From Azolla caroliniana (taxonomy: Eukaryota; Plantae; Polypodiophyta), in the NCBI GenBank assembly GCA_043228905.1, contig JBHGNT010000871.1, positions 1 through 14,382 on the forward strand: DNA of 14,382 nucleotides, given 5' to 3'. Under the pieces are notes generated by a model that saw nothing but the letters and a program-made list of their open reading frames with translations, made no database searches and was not told the DNA's origin. How positions within the stretch are numbered: the first letter of the stretch is position 1; every line of letters starts with the position of its first letter. A program made the translations under genes and the position numbers. This document shows, piece after piece, positions 10,124 to 14,382 of this stretch.

Positions 10124-10902
10124 GTGTAGCTTGTTGATCTATAACAACCTTATTTCAATACCTTCAAATCGGGATCCTAAGAGTTGCGTCATTGTCCCTT
10201 AGCCAAATAATATCATTTGTTTCGTGAATGTCGAGTGATGAATTAACGTCAATGCTCAAGCATAGATTTGTATGCCTCGAAGGAATCATGAATGCTTGCT
10301 AAAGATTACTATTGTTGAAAGTAGGGTAATGGGAAATACGCAAAGGCATGGAAGAGTGAAAACACAAAGCTCATGTCGTGAAGCAAGTGGTATACACGGG
10401 GGGAGTCTAGTAAAATAATGTTGAATATTTGTAAAAACTCATGGTGCATCAATCTAAGACTACATGAAATTTCTTGGAAAAATGTAAAAGAAATAGTCGT
10501 GCATGTGAAAATGAAATAGATAGGCTACTTGAACACGCCGAGAGGGTGTATGATGCCTCTATAGTGGGAAAATGAGGTCATTTGAAATGCATATGGAGGA
10601 TATGGTATTTTATTAGAAACAATAAAAGAGATGCCCACTTTCTCTAAAGGTTCCGGAGCTTAAAAGATACAACATGTACTAGGTATGATTGTCATGTTCT
10701 CTCTTGTATCATCATTGGTAGAGTTGTAATTCTCCTAATTGGTGGTTGTTGTAACCTCTAAGTGTCACCACATTGGTGTAGTATTTACTTTCAATCTACT
10801 CTTTTTTTACCTTTATTCTATTTCAACTCCATGTATTAAGCACATTACTCCTCATAATAAGTAACTAAGCATTTCATTTCATAACAAAATCCAACCCATG
10901 GG

Positions 10903-11335
10903 TGTCTTAGTCACTAGCTTCTAGTTATTTACTATCAATTGGCGGGCACCACCAACAATATACATGTATCTCAATACGATCAATACGAACCTCGATTGTT
11001 TAACAAAAGACATCAACACCCATGACAAGAAACAAGAACAAGAAAATACAAATAAAAGAATGATCGTGCTTTATTAATCAGCGATTAGCCATGCCAATAC
11101 AAAGGAATAATGCAAAGCTTAAAGTAAACCAAAAGAAGATATAGGAAGAACACTTTTCACTTATCATTTAAGAAGTAAGAAAAGGACACAAAAGTGGTTT
11201 TCGTCGCCTTTTCTTATGCCTCATTCATACTTATCTAGCCAAGGGACCCTTTATTCCTAGCTCCCACTAGTTTTTCATCTCTCCTTTATATTCTACATTT
11301 GGAGTTTTGTGCCAATGTCAATGCCATCGACAAGG
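10903..11335 (-). mobile_element. Possible antisense LTR fragment interrupted by the gypsy element
   Basis: The plus strand starts TGTC (a ...GACA end on minus). The minus strand shows a degenerate TATA (GGCTAGATAAG, 11230-11240), then AATAAA (11070-11075), then a T/C-rich U5-like tract. This is compositional evidence only. Confidence 0.3.
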
Positions 11336-11933
11336 TGTGGGGAGTGAAACATATGACTAGTTGTTAGCTAGTCGGCTACCGAAGTCGAACGGACGGAGTC
11401 AGACGAATGTGAAAAGGAATCGTAGTCGAAGAAGTATGAACAATAGTCGAAAGTCGTATGAATATGAAAGGACAAAATTTAAATATAGTTTGAAATATAA
11501 TTTTGCCAAGTATAAAAATTAGAGTAATATTAAGAAATAGAACGGTTTTGTATAATTGTAGGTATAAGGCAAGTGTAAATCTTGGAGAGAGACTCTCGAG
11601 TCACCTATAAAAAGGGACCGAGAGCATTGCATTGGTATCGATCTATTTTGATTAATATAAGTTTTGGTAGTTAGAGTATCTGTTGTGTCGACTACTCTGT
11701 GTATTGTTTGTTGTGTCATATGTTCGAATTTAGCCTTTGCTGCACATATGATATTATATCTAATAGTCGATCAAAAGCGTATGTTTAATCATAATAACTA
11801 GTCTCTGCAGACCTATTTTCTGGGTGTAGAACTAGGGTCGACCAACCCATCTCTCCACCACAATCTTCTTGACCGAATGTTCGACCTATTGTGTCTGTCG
11901 GCTACAGCTGTCAACTGTCAATAGAACAACACA
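11336..11933 (+). repeat. Putative 5' LTR of the gypsy element
   Basis: Begins TGTGGGGAG, contains CCTATAAAAAGGG (TATA at 11606-11613) and ends ...CAACACA a few nt before the PBS. No second LTR is in the window, so the ends are inferred. Confidence 0.55.
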
Positions 11934-11939
11934 ATATTT

Positions 11940-11955
11940 TGGCGAATCCGCTGGG
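11940..11955 (+). other. Primer binding site, tRNA-Arg-like
   Basis: TGGCGAATCCGCTGGG starts with TGG (complement of tRNA CCA), resembles the TGGCGACTC..CTGGGG PBS of Tat/Ogre elements, and follows ...CA plus a short AT spacer. Confidence 0.65.
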
Positions 11956-11961
11956 CTGTCA

Positions 11962-12800
11962 ATGCCGAATTGCTATATTTGTAGGAAGGATGGTCATTAT
12001 GCAAATCAATGCCCAACAAAGGATAAGGGCAAGGCACCAAGAGTAAACATGGTAACTGCAGAGGTTCAACAAGTCACCACTCACAGTAAAGCTAAACAAT
12101 CCGAGTGGGATGTACAGGAAGCAGTTCGGAAAGTAGCAAAGGAATGGGTCGAGGAAGCCAACAACAACAATGTCGACAGAATGCTACAAGAGAGTAATGG
12201 CTTGAATGTCACATCAGACAAGTCAAGAAGTCGACATGAGGACGTACCAACGGATACACCTGACGAGGATGAAACATGGAAAGTCTTGGCCGACTCCTAG
12301 ATATCATTACCACTGACTGGCTTATTGAAATTAGTTCCTCGGTTCACAGAAAAGGTGGCGACCATTATCGCAAGAAAAGAGTCAGAAAATGTGTCGATGA
12401 ATTTTACGAATCCAACAAAAGGACCGACAATTATGGACGAGCAAAGCCCTACAATCAAAGGTTACAATCATTCAAGGTTAAGAAGTGTCGGGCAACATAG
12501 TCGATGGAGGATCATGAGTGAATGTTATTAACAAAACTACCTATGATCGCCTAGGCATCACCACCTGGGAAGCATGTTCATTCTGGATATGAATGGCAAA
12601 TACCAGTACGGTTCGACCAATAGGGTTGATCTGATAACTCGATATTGTCATTGGTGGCCATACATTTCAGATATCGGTGATCATACTCCATTTAGATGCA
12701 CAAGGAGTTTACCCTCTGTTACTAGGCCGACCATGGCTTCACACTGCTAATATTAAACAGAATTGGCAGAAGAATATTCTAACATTCTTGAAGGGCAAAG
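11962..12800 (+). pseudogene. Gag C-terminal zinc knuckle and aspartic protease remnant
   Basis: CYICRKDGHYANQC (CX2CX4HX4C) at 11971-12012. Protease IVDGGS at 12497-12514, continuing MANTSTVRPIG...YPLLLGRPWL, with in-frame stops. Confidence 0.88.
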
Positions 12801-13199
12801 CAAATATTCGAGTTTTGAGTTAGGAAAGGGGTCGCCACATCACAACAATGTGTGCCTTTGTATGTTGAAGCTGTCAATATGACGGAGGGATTAAATGACG
12901 GGGAAGAAAATCAATATTTTGAGGACAATCCAAAAATTATTCCCTTATTTGAAATCGACATCGTCGAAGTACTCATGCCATATATTGGTGACGAAGGAAA
13001 GGAGGTTGATAATCCGGTCGATGAAAAAACCATCATGGAGGTCCATCATCAGCATGAAGCAATGGCGAGAGAAATGTAAGTATCGCAACGCGTACATGCT
13101 TCTGCACTAGAGGAATTAAATATGGCCAACAATGATATAGAGCTAAAAATAGTGTTGATAGCAAAAGAGATGCAGTTGGCCGACAAGACAAAGCTCGTT

Positions 13200-13849
13200 G
13201 AATTACTACGGAAATACTGAGATGTGTCTGCATGGTCGTTCGAAAATATGAAGGGACTAGATCCAGGCTTCTTTCAGCATCAGATTAATCTGCACAAAGA
13301 TGCGAAGCCGGTGCAACAACGGCGGTATCGACTAAATCCCAATTATGAAGTAAAGGTGAAAGAGGAAATTGACAAATTAGTGCGGGTCAACTTCATCCGA
13401 TTGGTCAAGAAAGCTACTTGGCTGAGCCCGATAGTCATGGTGCCCAAAAAGAATGACAAGATCAGGGTATGTGTCGATTATTGAAAACTCAATGCGGCCA
13501 TAGTGACAGGTGCATTTTTGTTACCTTTCACATATGGAGTCCTGGATGCAGTGGCTGGTCATGAAATATACAATTTCCTCGATGGATTCAGTGGATATAA
13601 TCAGGTTCAAATGCATCCTAATGGCCAGGAAAAACAGCTTTTGTCACCGAATGGGGTGTATTTGTAGAAGTCATCATGATGTTCGATCTTAAAATGGCTC
13701 CGACAACATTTCAAAGAGTGATCATGGAAATATTTTCGGATTATATACCGGCATTTATGCAGGTATTTATGGATGATTTTGCAATGTACAGTCGGAGAAC
13801 CGACCATTTTGAGCATCTCTAACTCTGTTTGGAGAGGTGTCGGGCTTCT
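13200..13849 (+). pseudogene. pol: Reverse transcriptase remnant (pol)
   Basis: DVSAWSFENMKGLDP..QHQINL..DAKPVQQRRYRLNP...WLSPIVMVPKKNDKIRVCVDY*KLN...LDGFSGYNQVQM, a frameshift near 13630, then TAFVTEWG...APTTFQR...VFMDDF (FMDD at 13766-13777). Confidence 0.95.
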
Positions 13850-13898
13850 TGTCAAAGAAAGAGGAGAAGCAAAATAACTTTTATTGATAATTCCTAGA

Positions 13899-13969
13899 TG
13901 ATTACAATAGTATTTCTTTCCTATATGATTACAATAGTATTTCATGTCAATTGATTACAATAGTATTTC
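13899..13969. repeat. 3 copies of tgattacaatagtatttc, 26-27 bp period
   Basis: Identical 18-mers start at 13899, 13926 and 13952. Confidence 0.9.
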
Positions 13970-14075
13970 ACGTCTATATTCCCCCTTGATAGGATTACTC
14001 ACCCCCCCTTTTATACATGAGAAAGATAGATGCACGAGTGCCAAGTGTCACCCATACATAAGAGGCACCTACATT

Positions 14076-14382
14076 AGTGGGTAATAGCTTTAATAGCTAA
14101 AATACCTAATAGTGATAATAACAAAATTGTGTTTTGAATAAGTATGTAGCTTTAAAAGTGGGTAATAGCTCTAATAGCTAATATGATAATGATAATAGCA
14201 AAATGTGGTGATAATAGGTATTTAGCTTTAAAAATGGGTAATAGCTTTAATGGCTAAAATACCTGATAGTGATAATTATTAATAGCAAAATGTGCTTTGA
14301 ATAGGTATTTAGCTTTTTGATATTATGTGATAGTGGGCAATAGCTTTATTAGCTAAAATACCTGAGAATAGGTATTTAGCTT
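14076..14382. repeat. Degenerate ~76-99 bp tandem repeat with internal inverted repeats
   Basis: Units a(g/a)tggg(t/c)aatagct... start at 14076, 14157, 14233 and 14332, and contain agctaaaatacct ... aggtatttagct or variants. Confidence 0.85.

Larger units (their letters stand above)
11336..13849 (+). mobile_element. Degenerate Ty3/gypsy LTR retrotransposon (non-chromovirus, Athila/Tat-related), apparently internally deleted and interrupted within RT
   Basis: Ordered parts: LTR-like segment with TATA, PBS, CCHC zinc knuckle, aspartic protease (IVDGGS*VNVI...LLGRPW) and RT (WLSPIVMVPKK, RVCVDY*KLN, LDGFSGYNQ, FQR, VFMDDF). PR is directly followed by RT, which is the gypsy order. There are many stops and frameshifts. 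Confidence 0.93.
13850..14382 (-). mobile_element. Second LTR-like insertion, antisense, nested in the RT; runs off the window
   Basis: RT homology stops abruptly at TGTCAAAG (13850). The minus strand shows repetitive U3-like DNA, TATAAAAGGGGGGG (TATA at 14009-14015), AATAAA (13880-13885) and a ...TTTGACA end, in correct LTR order. Confidence 0.65.

Noticed and set aside
10313-10886. Possible old solo LTR (TGTTGAAA ... TTTCATAACA)
   Set aside because: The terminal match is imperfect, with no TSD and no clear TATA or PBS/PPT.
11851-11862. Alternative LTR 3' end CTCCACCACA, a good inverted match to TGTGGGGAG at 11336
   Set aside because: It lies about 78 nt before the PBS-like motif, whereas a PBS normally abuts the LTR. 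It cannot be excluded without the second LTR.
12515-13484. Programmed readthrough or frameshifting in gag-pol
   Set aside because: Stops and frameshifts are numerous and fall inside conserved motifs, which indicates decay rather than recoding.

Overview
AT-rich land-plant nuclear DNA. The left 8.6 kb holds two minus-strand host genes. One is an intronless DUF538-family gene (1875-2324) with a TATA box and an exact 3 x 143 bp tandem triplication in its proximal promoter. The other is a complete 8-coding-exon BZW/eIF5-mimic (5MP, W2 domain) gene (4897-8590, 411 aa) that I reconstructed by hand. It includes 5-nt and 24-nt coding pieces missed by the ORF track, and its AUG is in a poor context (UUU-AUG-A). 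A (CATA)n microsatellite borders the BZW leader. The right 5 kb is transposon debris: a probable 5'-truncated LINE 3' end, a possible antisense LTR fragment, and a decayed, apparently internally deleted non-chromovirus Ty3/gypsy element (LTR, PBS, zinc knuckle, protease, RT). The RT of that element is cut by a second, antisense LTR-like insertion. I found no convincing new multi-gene system. The most interesting signals are regulatory (BZW start context and leader, DUF538 promoter triplication) and structural (TE nesting and deletion).
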